From sequence record DRR723986_7246: DNA of 43,478 nt. One strand, given 5' to 3'. Positions 29,363 to 38,143 of the stretch are shown here, in pieces (positions within the stretch are counted from its first letter, which is position 1; each line of letters opens with the position of its first letter). The notes below the pieces were generated by a model, which worked only from the letters and a program-made list of their open reading frames with translations, did not search any database and was not told the origin of the DNA. Made by a program: the position numbers and the translations under genes.

Positions 29363-29835
29363 TACAACTTTTAAAGATGATCCCATAGCTCAAATTTCCA
29401 TGGTTTTTGTGCGAAAGCGTCGCGGACTGAGTACCTGCTATTGATCTTATTTGCTTGCTAACGATTATAGTCTGTATGTTTGAAAACATAGCGCAATCCT
29501 CCGTTCTTCTCAACAAAGCCGCGTCTCTGGTTTGACGACTTGATAGCGACTTGTGCCGTTCCGTTAATGTTCCTGTTTTTCAATCCTCTCCCCTAAGAGG
29601 GATTCACTCCCTATCCAAATTTGGCCGAAAAGAGCCTATTTACAAGGGATTGCGGAGAGCAACCCGTCAGACTCGTTTCATTGCCTTCGATGTTTTCTGG
29701 AAAAAAGATACTGTGCTTGTCAGGGGGTATTTCGATCAAACGGCCAGGCACTCGCATTTCATGCGCCGCTGCTCTCGACGTAACAAGGACGGCGAAAAAT
29801 AAGATATTGTAGCATTATTTTCAAAATGTAAAAAG

Positions 29836-30963
29836 CTAGAACTGCAGTAAAATGGAGATGTGGTGATTGATATTGTCGGAGTTTAGGTAAGATTTACTCA
29901 AGGCATAATCAATGTGCATGCGGAAAGGAAGCTCTTCATCGGCGATCAAACGAATCGAAAATCCTGCCCCAAAACGATTAAAAGCAAATGCGCGCGCTAC
30001 ACCTTCATCATCATTAATGATAGGGAAGCCACCACGCAAGGCCAACTCGCGAATCGGTGCAATCTCAGCACCCAACAGCAAAGAGGTGTGTTTGTCTTTT
30101 TCGTGAAACTCAGCATCAAGCGATAGCAGGGCGTAGGTTTCTGAACGCCGTCTCTCACTCTTGATGTCTCCTAAGACGTTGGTGCGTTCATAATCAAGCA
30201 AAGACTTCAGCTGGAACTCCATGGCAACGCCACCACGGATTGAGTAGCGAATATTTTCGACTGTTTTGGAGTCATTATTCCACTGAAGTTCACCGAATAA
30301 ATTGTTCGCAGCAGCACCGACAGAAATAATATCGAACAGCTGCATCTTCATTCCAATGTCTACAGCCCAGCCATCGGCCTTTGTATCGGCACCATCCAGT
30401 GTATTCAGTAAATACTTACCGGTGGCACCAATCGCAACGCTGCGAGCCCGGAAAGCAAATCCACCCGACGCTGCCAGTTGCCGGTTTTCGTAGGTCCCCA
30501 ATGGATTTCCGGCTGCATCACGGCCCACAATCGTGCCCGCGTCAAAGTTATTTACCGAAATCCCGGCGCCAAACATTGAGCCGAATGATTGGCCATATGC
30601 CAGATAGTTGTGCCGCCGCTCAAAGTCGAGAACCGTGAACATGCCGCCCACCTGTGCCCGCTGCGATTGAAACGCCAATCCCGCCGGATTATAGAACATT
30701 GCCGCCGGGTCATTGGCCACCGCCGTATACGCATCACCCATGGCTATGGCCCGCGCACTAACACCCCGTAAGAGATAAGACTCCGGTGCCGGACCGCCAT
30801 AACTTTGAGCCAATGCGGTCGCCTTACATGCAAACATGCTCACAAGTACCATCGTCACGCCCGCCGCTGCAAGTCGCAGGAAATTGCGAGCTACAGGCAA
30901 GATAGGGCGCGCACATGCACGAGAACAGGCTCCAGCGATTGGCCGGAGTCTGGACCCAGACAT
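29836..30963 (-). CDS. PorV/PorQ (UPF0164/FadL-like) family outer-membrane barrel
   Basis: YLLRGVSARAIAMGDAYTAVANDPAAMFYNPAGLA signature, amphipathic strands, C-terminal Phe; start uncertain (30963 or 30852). Confidence 0.85.
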   Translation of the reverse strand: MSGSRLRPIAGACSRACARPILPVARNFLRLAAAGVTMVLVSMFACKATALAQSYGGPAPESYLLRGVSARAIAMGDAYTAVANDPAAMFYNPAGLAFQSQRAQVGGMFTVLDFERRHNYLAYGQSFGSMFGAGISVNNFDAGTIVGRDAAGNPLGTYENRQLAASGGFAFRARSVAIGATGKYLLNTLDGADTKADGWAVDIGMKMQLFDIISVGAAANNLFGELQWNNDSKTVENIRYSIRGGVAMEFQLKSLLDYERTNVLGDIKSERRRSETYALLSLDAEFHEKDKHTSLLLGAEIAPIRELALRGGFPIINDDEGVARAFAFNRFGAGFSIRLIADEELPFRMHIDYALSKSYLNSDNINHHISILLQF

Positions 30964-30979
30964 TAATGCATTGCTGCTC

Positions 30980-32491
30980 TCAGCGTGAAACGACAAATTT
31001 ATCCGCCAGTTTTAGATTGCGTCCCTGAACCACACACAGGTAGACTCCACCCGGAAGTGTGGCAAGGCTAAACTCAAAGTCTTTCCGATTTTCAGTCATC
31101 GGACCGTTAAAAATGTCCAGTACTTTCTTGCCGAGCAAGTTGTACGCCTCAACTCGTATGGAACCTGTATTTTCGTCAGGAATTGCCAGAGCAGCAAAAC
31201 CGCGCTCGCCGGAGATATCCGCCGTCACTTCAAAACTTGCGTCCGATACCTGACTGGTATCCTGTTTGACACCAACGGTTCGCACCTGATCCATCAATTG
31301 TTCAAGTGAGGCCACCGCAAAACCGCTGCCATGGAAAAAGCCGCCTGTGCGCATGGAAGCCAGCAGTAGATTATCCCTGATTATCGCCAGCGTGCTGATG
31401 TCAGCCCCGCTGATATCTGAATCCGAATCGGTTTCGTTGAGTGCAAGCCAGGATGCTCCGCAGTCTCCCGACCACCAAATGCCTCCCAGCTCAGTGCCAA
31501 CAAAAATGGAATTTGGGGCGGCTTCAAAATCGCCGGTCAGGACTGTATTAATCTTGTGGTTTAGGCTGCGGTCGTATTTGACAGGGCTGATATCAACAAG
31601 AAAGTCTAGTGCCTGCGCCACCGAGTCCGGCTGTGTTACCGGAGCCAGGTACAAGTTGGGATCGTTTCGCCCAGCCAGTAAAACCCCTTTGCAGGGCACA
31701 GTATTAAATTCGGTTTCAACGCTAAGCGTGGCCAGGCTGACGCTGACGATATCGTAAATGCTGCTTTCGTCCGGCAGTCTGTTGTTGCCGACGGGAAACC
31801 AATTGCAGTCAAACTGGCTTACTTCGCAGTTTTCATCATAATATTCCGAGCCGCCGCGCCAGTATCCGGCTACGACGTTGTTGTTTTGCTTGTGGACTGA
31901 GAGTGCCTGGCCCTTAAACCCATTGCCAACGCGAGCCCAACTGGCGGTTGTTGCCGTGACTTCGAACAGGTTGAGCGTATCTGGTTTAAACTCAATGCGC
32001 CAAATTCCATCGTCGCCGGCAGCGTAAAGTGACGAGTCTGCCAGATGCATGTCGTTGACACTTCCCAGAGCGTTCACATTGTTGCCATAAGGAAACCAGG
32101 TGCGTGGCCGGCAGGGTGGGATATTATTGGAGTTCACCACCGTGGCGTAAATACCCCCTTCTACTGCGGCGAATACAATTGAGTCGCGGCCTGCCAGTGA
32201 GTGAATCCCATCTATCTGGCCAACCTGACCATTGCCCGGGAGGCCCTGATTGCTGCGGACCCAGCGCCCAGGTGCAGCGTAACCGGTTGGGTCAAAAAAC
32301 ATGCCGAGGCTTGTTCCGGCCAGGACTAGAGACTCGCTGCCGCATTGAACCTCAATGACGCTTTGAACAGCACCGGCGCCGATCAAATCATCCTCCTGCA
32401 CTTTCCATTGTGCCGGGAGCACATGTACTTCCAGCACCAGGAAAAAGGCAGAAAGTAGCAGAAGGCGAATTGTAAGAGCTTCTCGGTCCAT
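30980..32491 (-). CDS. T9SS type A cargo with BNR/Asp-box-like beta-propeller
   Basis: Signal peptide; repeats WVRSNQGLP, FVGTELGGIWWSGDCGASW; CTD YNLLGKKV...LPGGVYLCVV...KFVVSR. Confidence 0.85.
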   Translation of the reverse strand: MDREALTIRLLLLSAFFLVLEVHVLPAQWKVQEDDLIGAGAVQSVIEVQCGSESLVLAGTSLGMFFDPTGYAAPGRWVRSNQGLPGNGQVGQIDGIHSLAGRDSIVFAAVEGGIYATVVNSNNIPPCRPRTWFPYGNNVNALGSVNDMHLADSSLYAAGDDGIWRIEFKPDTLNLFEVTATTASWARVGNGFKGQALSVHKQNNNVVAGYWRGGSEYYDENCEVSQFDCNWFPVGNNRLPDESSIYDIVSVSLATLSVETEFNTVPCKGVLLAGRNDPNLYLAPVTQPDSVAQALDFLVDISPVKYDRSLNHKINTVLTGDFEAAPNSIFVGTELGGIWWSGDCGASWLALNETDSDSDISGADISTLAIIRDNLLLASMRTGGFFHGSGFAVASLEQLMDQVRTVGVKQDTSQVSDASFEVTADISGERGFAALAIPDENTGSIRVEAYNLLGKKVLDIFNGPMTENRKDFEFSLATLPGGVYLCVVQGRNLKLADKFVVSR

Positions 32492-32606
32492 ACTTGGCGT
32501 CGCGTCAGGTCAGCGGTTTTGTACGAATACAGCCGCGGTCTGATGAAGAAAAATCAGCGCACTGCTCAGTATTTTAGTGACCGGGCAATGAGTGCAATCG
32601 GGAAAG

Positions 32607-34334
32607 TTAAGAATTTTTCAGGTTGCTTCCAGCTTGAGTTGAGAAGATAGAAGCCAGTTTGTCTAACTCTTCCGCGTCATCGGTATTCTGCAGGCGGCCC
32701 AAAGACTGTTTAATTTGGAGCTCACCGGCTGTGATTCCAAGGCTGCGAGCCATCGCTGCGCGGTCCTGGCGTCCCTGCGGAATGTCGTCAGCTTCAACGT
32801 CTTCAAGCTGTGTAATTCGCGCCTGCATTCGGCTGCGACCCAATTTTTGAGCCATGTGCAGCGCCGCACCGGACGACTGCATGGTTTTTACCGTTTCACG
32901 TTGTGCTTCTTCGCTGAGTCCAGGATTGGCGAATGTATCAGTCTCGGCCGGTGCGTGTGCCGCCGAAAACGTGGAAACGGGGGAGTCGTCATCGAGAGCT
33001 GCCAGCCAGTCTTCGTCGATTTCCACATCGGCTTCCTTGTCTTGAGCCAACGTTGATTCCGGCATGTCGTTTTTTAACTCAAAGTCTTCAGGCTGCGCTG
33101 CATCGTCAAATTTGGGTGCGTAGGGGCTGCGGTCCTGAGCTGCAGGCGGGGTTTCGCTCGCGGCTTCTTGCGGCACGTCCTCTTGCGGTTCTTCGTTTTC
33201 AAGGGCCTCGCGAACCATAGCTTCAAAATCACCACCCGCCGCTGCGGCTGGTTTATTGCCAAGTTTTTTCTTGCGCCAACGCCAGTAAAAGACGCCGACA
33301 CCTATGCCACCAAACACTGCAAACAGGGCCAGGCCGGCAGCTGTCCACTTGATCCATTCGGGCATCAGGGACTTGAGTTCTTTACTGCGCATTTCGCGCG
33401 GATTGCCATACTTTTGCGCAAACTCAGACGGTCCCGTGCCGGCCGTATCACTGGCCGAAAGTGCCAGGGCAGGTGCCGATGCCTGATTTGTGTTTGAATC
33501 TGTTGCTACAACTTCCTGCAGACTGGAATCCGGTATTGCGCTGAAAACGGAGTCGCGTCCGGGCGCCACAATTGAAGCGGCCAATGTCTGTGGCTCATCA
33601 AACTGCGGTGAGCTCGCCGGAATTCTGGAAGGCAGCGGCGGAATCGTATCGCGTTTGCTCAGCCTAAAAAATGTTTGCGCCAGGTCATCCGCGCGCTCGG
33701 CATTACCCAGCGCCGATTCAATTTGAGACAAAGCGGCATAAGCATCCGCAACTGAACTTTTTAAGCGCACGGCGTCGCGCAAATGTTGCTGGGCCTCATC
33801 CTGCGCTCCATTGCGCATATGTATCAGGCCCAACATCGCTTTTGCATCTGGATGTTTTTCGGCTTGCTCAAATTCGTATTGAGCTGCCGAATGTGCTCCG
33901 GACTCCATCGCAAGCAGTCCACTGTGGAAATGCTCTTCTGCAGCCGACATATTCATCCAGTCCACAACGTTGAGGCGCACAGCAGCGCTGTAGGGCAGAA
34001 TCAGCAGGGAATAGCCGCTGCGCTCACGCAGCTCTATGTAAACCATTGCATCACCCTCATCGCGTTGGACAAAGATGCGTTCTACCGCTCCACCGCCGGC
34101 CACACTGCTTGCATTTTGATTGACTTCGCAGTCTGGAATGCGCAAACTGATCTGTGTTTTTTGCGTGGAAAGTGCAGACTGGGCAATGAGCGGTTCCCGC
34201 TCAAATTTGAAGGTGACCTGGCCCGCCTCGGTTACCTCGATCGACTGCAGCTCATTTTGCCCGAGCAAAACTTGTGTGCAAGCCAAAACTGTAATCAACA
34301 GTGCAAAACAAGTTTGCTGTGCGTGCTGTATCAT
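32607..34334 (-). CDS. Bitopic membrane protein: AMIN-like domain, TPR repeats, TM helix, acidic disordered cytoplasmic region, short C-terminal helical domain
   Basis: Signal peptide; ELQSIEV...VTFKFE...ISLRIPD...VERIFVQ...VYIEL (AMIN-like); TPRs AEEHFHSGL, AKAMLGLIHM, ADAYAALSQI; TM WTAAGLALFAVFGGIGVGVFYW followed by RWRKKK. Confidence 0.75.
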   Translation of the reverse strand: MIQHAQQTCFALLITVLACTQVLLGQNELQSIEVTEAGQVTFKFEREPLIAQSALSTQKTQISLRIPDCEVNQNASSVAGGGAVERIFVQRDEGDAMVYIELRERSGYSLLILPYSAAVRLNVVDWMNMSAAEEHFHSGLLAMESGAHSAAQYEFEQAEKHPDAKAMLGLIHMRNGAQDEAQQHLRDAVRLKSSVADAYAALSQIESALGNAERADDLAQTFFRLSKRDTIPPLPSRIPASSPQFDEPQTLAASIVAPGRDSVFSAIPDSSLQEVVATDSNTNQASAPALALSASDTAGTGPSEFAQKYGNPREMRSKELKSLMPEWIKWTAAGLALFAVFGGIGVGVFYWRWRKKKLGNKPAAAAGGDFEAMVREALENEEPQEDVPQEAASETPPAAQDRSPYAPKFDDAAQPEDFELKNDMPESTLAQDKEADVEIDEDWLAALDDDSPVSTFSAAHAPAETDTFANPGLSEEAQRETVKTMQSSGAALHMAQKLGRSRMQARITQLEDVEADDIPQGRQDRAAMARSLGITAGELQIKQSLGRLQNTDDAEELDKLASIFSTQAGSNLKNS

Positions 34335-35872
34335 CTTTCCTCCATTGCGTCTGAATGTGCTGAAGAAAGGGATGAATTGTCTGTGCTCTGCTTGTCTGTA
34401 GTGGCTGATTGAGACTGAATCGTACTCAAATTGTCAGGTGCCTGCGGCCATTCCTGCAGCGTTGCCTGGCGCTCCGCTGTTTGCTGACGAGGCAGCGAAA
34501 TTTTGAAGGTTGTGCCCTTGCCATACTCTGAGACAAGTGTGATGTCACCATCGTGCTGCAGGATGATCTGCCGGGAAATCGAAAGTCCAAGCCCCGTGCC
34601 ACGGCCCGCCGGTTTTGTCGTGAAGAAAGAGTCAAAAACGTGAGCTATATTTTCGCGCCGAATCCCGTGGCCGGTATCCGCGATTGTCAAACAAATGTTG
34701 CCCGAGTCTTCAGCAAACAGCGCCAGAGTCAGTTTGCCGCCATCCGGCATGGCGTCGCGCGCATTTAATATGATGTTCAGGACGACCTGCTCCAGCTGCG
34801 AGCGAATCCCATTGCAGAGCAGGGCCACCGATTCCGGCTCAAACTCTACATCAATTCCATCGCGCTGAAGCTGCGCACCCACGAACTGCAGGACCTTTTC
34901 GACTGCTTCGCGCAGGTCAACAGGCGCTGGTTTGTTGTCCGCCGGAACATTGTGCGAGAAGTCCAGCAGGCGCTGCGTAATCTCGCCAATTCGATCTACC
35001 TGTCGCGCTACAATCTTGATTCTGCGGCCCGGATCACCAACGCCGCTTTCCAGCAGTTGAATATGGCCCAATAAAATCTGCAGAGGGTTGTTGATTTCGT
35101 GTGCAATGCTGCCTGCCAGCTCACCAATTGAGGCCAGTTTTGCCGAACGCACCATTTGCTGATTGAGTGAGTTCAGCCGGTTATTCATCCGCGCAATTTC
35201 TTTGCCGCTGCGAATATTATCAATGGCTATCGCCGCCGACTCAGCCAGCACCGTCAGGCCCTCTAAATCGCCGTTGGCAATCTCTTGTGCCGTGAGGGTT
35301 GTCAGGGCCAGGAAGACACCTACCGCCGCACCACGCAGGAACAGCGGAATGATAACAATACTGGTTGCGCTGTCGTCGGGCTCAGCAACATTCGGTATTA
35401 CCAGTGTGCGCCGCTGGCGGAAGGCCCAGTCAATGATGCATTCTTCGTCAATGGAACGGCAGATACGTGTCAGCCGCTCGGAGGTATTTTCACTTGCCGA
35501 TGTCAGGGTGGTTTCACCCGGTGCAAACAGATACATCCCGCTGTCGAGCACCGGAAAGCGCTGATCGATATAAGCCTGCAGGCTGCCGATGACTTGTTCG
35601 GGAGTGGAGTAGGAGCGAATCAGTTGTGCAGTGCTGCGCAATGCCTTGGTATCGGGAGAGCTGGCGCTGTCGGCACTATTGTTGGCGGCGGCAGGGCGCG
35701 TTTGGCGCAGGTGCTCCACTTCGCGCTGTAAAAGTTGTATGCTGCGTTCAAGTGCGCGGATGTATTCTTCCTGGCTGACTGCCAGGCGTTCCATATGGGG
35801 AAACAGGCGGCCGAGGACTTCGGCCGTTTCGGCATTCTGGGCGGGAGGTTTTGAATCGCTGTTGGCTTGCAT
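34331..35872 (-). CDS. Cytoplasmic GAF-domain sensor histidine kinase (NtrB-like)
   Basis: N-terminal coiled coil; GAF (IIPLFLRGAAVGV...LAESAAIAIDN); H-box SIAHEINNPL, N-box LNIILNARDAM, DTGHGI, FFTTK, GTGLGL; no TM segment. Confidence 0.93.
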   Translation of the reverse strand: MQANSDSKPPAQNAETAEVLGRLFPHMERLAVSQEEYIRALERSIQLLQREVEHLRQTRPAAANNSADSASSPDTKALRSTAQLIRSYSTPEQVIGSLQAYIDQRFPVLDSGMYLFAPGETTLTSASENTSERLTRICRSIDEECIIDWAFRQRRTLVIPNVAEPDDSATSIVIIPLFLRGAAVGVFLALTTLTAQEIANGDLEGLTVLAESAAIAIDNIRSGKEIARMNNRLNSLNQQMVRSAKLASIGELAGSIAHEINNPLQILLGHIQLLESGVGDPGRRIKIVARQVDRIGEITQRLLDFSHNVPADNKPAPVDLREAVEKVLQFVGAQLQRDGIDVEFEPESVALLCNGIRSQLEQVVLNIILNARDAMPDGGKLTLALFAEDSGNICLTIADTGHGIRRENIAHVFDSFFTTKPAGRGTGLGLSISRQIILQHDGDITLVSEYGKGTTFKISLPRQQTAERQATLQEWPQAPDNLSTIQSQSATTDKQSTDNSSLSSAHSDAMEER

Positions 35873-35876
35873 GCAT

Positions 35877-35904
35877 TTATCGCATCAAATCATATGCCGT
35901 TTTA
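35877..35904 (-). promoter_or_regulatory. Possible sigma-28 (FliA) promoter upstream of the kinase
   Basis: Minus strand TAAA-N16-TGCGATAA versus consensus TAAA-N15-GCCGATAA; unusually close to ATG 35872. Confidence 0.3.
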
Positions 35905-35918
35905 TGCAATTTGTGCTC

Positions 35919-36860
35919 TTAACTACTAAAAACTTTGCCTTTTTCAAATTCTTCCGTCAGCGCCGGGGTCAAAGCCTCAATCGCTGAGCGGCTGTCAAAG
36001 GCATCATGCGCCCCCAGGCGCGTCATAAGCGCCGGCGGAAAATTTAGTGGTGAGTCTTCGCGCTCACAGGCCCAGTCCTTAAAACCCATCTGCGCTGCAA
36101 ACCACTCGGAAAGTGCCACAATTGCAGTCAATGGGTGGTCAATATCGTCCAGACTGGTTGATATTGACTCCGAATCTTTGGATTTATCCGTAGCCGGGGA
36201 GTGCAAAGTCTCCTCTGCTTCCGCTGGAGTGTCATGGTGTGAGCCAATCGCATGTATCAACTGAGCCGGCAGATTCCAGCGTTCAGCAAGCCAGGCGCCC
36301 AGCGGTCCGTGATGTGTGCCCAGCACCGCTTCTTCTACAATCACCAGGGGCGCGCCGGTTTTGGCCTGCGCTTCGCGAATCAAACGCAATTCCCGGCCAA
36401 AATGCTGCGCAACAATCAGCACACCAATATCGTGCATTAAGCCGGCTACAAAGGCTTCGCCCGCCAGGCGATACCCCAGCTTGCGTGCCAGAAAACGCGA
36501 AGTTGTACCACAGAAAATTGAATATCGCCAGAAACCCTTGCTGTCAAACACGCGCTCATCTACATCAAGCAGCACGGCCTGCACTACCAGACTCAAAATT
36601 ATCTCTCTGATAGCGTTGAACCCAAGAATGACAATTGCCAGGTCAATGGTTGAAATCTCGCGGGGAAAACCATAAAAAGGCGAGTTAGCCACGTGTAATA
36701 CACGCGCCGTTAGTGTTTGATCCTGTTCAATTATGCGGCCCAGGCGCCCTGCACTCGTGTGTTGGTGTTCGATCAGGTGCAGGGCCTCGGATGCCACACT
36801 CGGAATCGTCGGTAAATTGCGTAGGGAGACCAATTTGTCCCGGACAGCGGGGCTTAACAT
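35919..36860 (-). CDS. HDOD domain protein
   Basis: LPTIPSVA, IEQDQTLTARVLHVANSPFYG, AIVILG, EAFVAGLMHDIG, WNLP...AIGSHH; ATG 36860 overlaps the fliA stop (TGATG). Confidence 0.92.
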   Translation of the reverse strand: MLSPAVRDKLVSLRNLPTIPSVASEALHLIEHQHTSAGRLGRIIEQDQTLTARVLHVANSPFYGFPREISTIDLAIVILGFNAIREIILSLVVQAVLLDVDERVFDSKGFWRYSIFCGTTSRFLARKLGYRLAGEAFVAGLMHDIGVLIVAQHFGRELRLIREAQAKTGAPLVIVEEAVLGTHHGPLGAWLAERWNLPAQLIHAIGSHHDTPAEAEETLHSPATDKSKDSESISTSLDDIDHPLTAIVALSEWFAAQMGFKDWACEREDSPLNFPPALMTRLGAHDAFDSRSAIEALTPALTEEFEKGKVFSS

Positions 36861-37675
36861 CAAACGTCTTTGAGCTTTTTGCGTAATTCCACCAATACTG
36901 CAGCATGGATCTGGCAAACGCGACTTTCCGTCACTTTAAGAAGTTGACCGATCTCTTTGAACGTCAGGTTCTTAAAATAGTAGAGCGTCATAATCAGACG
37001 TTTGCGTTCAGGCAGGCGCTCCAGATAACGCGTCAGATGATCAACGCGCTCCTGCTCAGTCAGGGCTGTAAGTGCATCGGGAATTGATTCGTCCGGAACG
37101 GCATAGACGGGATCGCCACCGCCGCCACCTTCGTCATCGGAGTCACCACTGCCGCGACCGTCGCTCATATTCATAACGCCGGTGGCTGCCGCTGCAGCAC
37201 GTAAGTACATCTTGTATTCTTCGGAATTTAAGCCAAGTTTTTGGCGGATTTCGTCTTGTGATACCTCGCGCCCGTATTCTGAGCGCAGCTTATCTGCAGT
37301 TTGCAACAAGTCCTGTGAGCGCTTGCGTGCCGTCCGTGAAAGCCAATCGGCACGCCTGACTTCATCGAGAATCATTCCGCGAATGCGTGGAATTGCGAAT
37401 GTCTCAAACTTGACTCCGCGTTCGCGATCAAAACGTTCGAGTGCGTCGTTCAGACCCAGGATTCCGAATTGCAGCAGGTCTTCATCACCTAAAACAGGGC
37501 TTGGTGGCAGATTGAGGTTGTGGAGGACGTAGCGCACCAGGCCAATATATTGCATCATCAGGCGCCGTTTTGCCGCCTGATCCTCTTTGTCCAGAAAATC
37601 ACCCCAGATACTTTGGAGCTCTTCGCCCGCTAACAAATGCGTGCGGGACCGTTTGCCGGCTGTGCTCATTACCAC
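36860..37675 (-). CDS. fliA: RNA polymerase sigma factor, FliA/sigma-28 family
   Basis: DLLQFGILGL, RFDRERGVKFETFAIPRIRGMILDEVR.DW.SR, region 4 LYYFKNLTFKEIGQLLKVTESRVCQIH; follows flhF-flhG. Confidence 0.93.
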   Translation of the reverse strand: MVMSTAGKRSRTHLLAGEELQSIWGDFLDKEDQAAKRRLMMQYIGLVRYVLHNLNLPPSPVLGDEDLLQFGILGLNDALERFDRERGVKFETFAIPRIRGMILDEVRRADWLSRTARKRSQDLLQTADKLRSEYGREVSQDEIRQKLGLNSEEYKMYLRAAAAATGVMNMSDGRGSGDSDDEGGGGGDPVYAVPDESIPDALTALTEQERVDHLTRYLERLPERKRLIMTLYYFKNLTFKEIGQLLKVTESRVCQIHAAVLVELRKKLKDV

Positions 37676-37703
37676 GGTAACCGTTCTCCCCTTCGATTAA
37701 CGA

Positions 37704-38102
37704 TCAGTTGACGCGACTCCCTTTGTCTTGCGCGTCAGCATCTTCCGAACCTTGTTGTTCTCGCCCTATGTCTTCCATCGCCTCGTGCAGGCGAACCTGT
37801 GACTCAAAAAATTCACGCTGCTCCTCTTCCAGGCGGCGCTTCATTTCCTCAGAACGTTCTTCATGCATGCGGGTCATAATTGAGACGAACGTAATCATCA
37901 CCAGTGCACCGATTATCGAAAAGCCGACAATCACCACAAAACTGTGGAAAATTGCACTAACGAGGTCATCGGAGTTAATGTATGAGACAACGAAGGTAAT
38001 GACGCCCGCCGCCAAACTTACCAGTCGCAGAGTTGAGATAGGGTAGTCGCTGTAACGACCCTTCTTGTCTTTGTCTGCGCCTTTGCTGTCTTTTTTTGCC
38101 AT
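37704..38102 (-). CDS. Two-TM small membrane protein, FlgV-like by position and topology
   Basis: TM1 LVSLAAGVITFVVSYI, TM2 FVVIVGFSIIGALVMITFVSIM, then a charged helical tail; sits between flhG and fliA. Confidence 0.75.
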   Translation of the reverse strand: MAKKDSKGADKDKKGRYSDYPISTLRLVSLAAGVITFVVSYINSDDLVSAIFHSFVVIVGFSIIGALVMITFVSIMTRMHEERSEEMKRRLEEEQREFFESQVRLHEAMEDIGREQQGSEDADAQDKGSRVN

Positions 38103-38143
38103 GCTCGTACTTCCCGGAAATGCCGAGTTGGACCTGTAAAATC

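Noticed and set aside
29184-29812. ORFs 29184-29516, 29551-29802, 29621-29812
   Set aside because: No RBS or motif; the first is antisense to the better-supported 69-aa ORF.
27477-29835. Mobile element or defence island
   Set aside because: No integrase, transposase, terminal repeats or nuclease/NTPase motifs seen; only a compositional impression.
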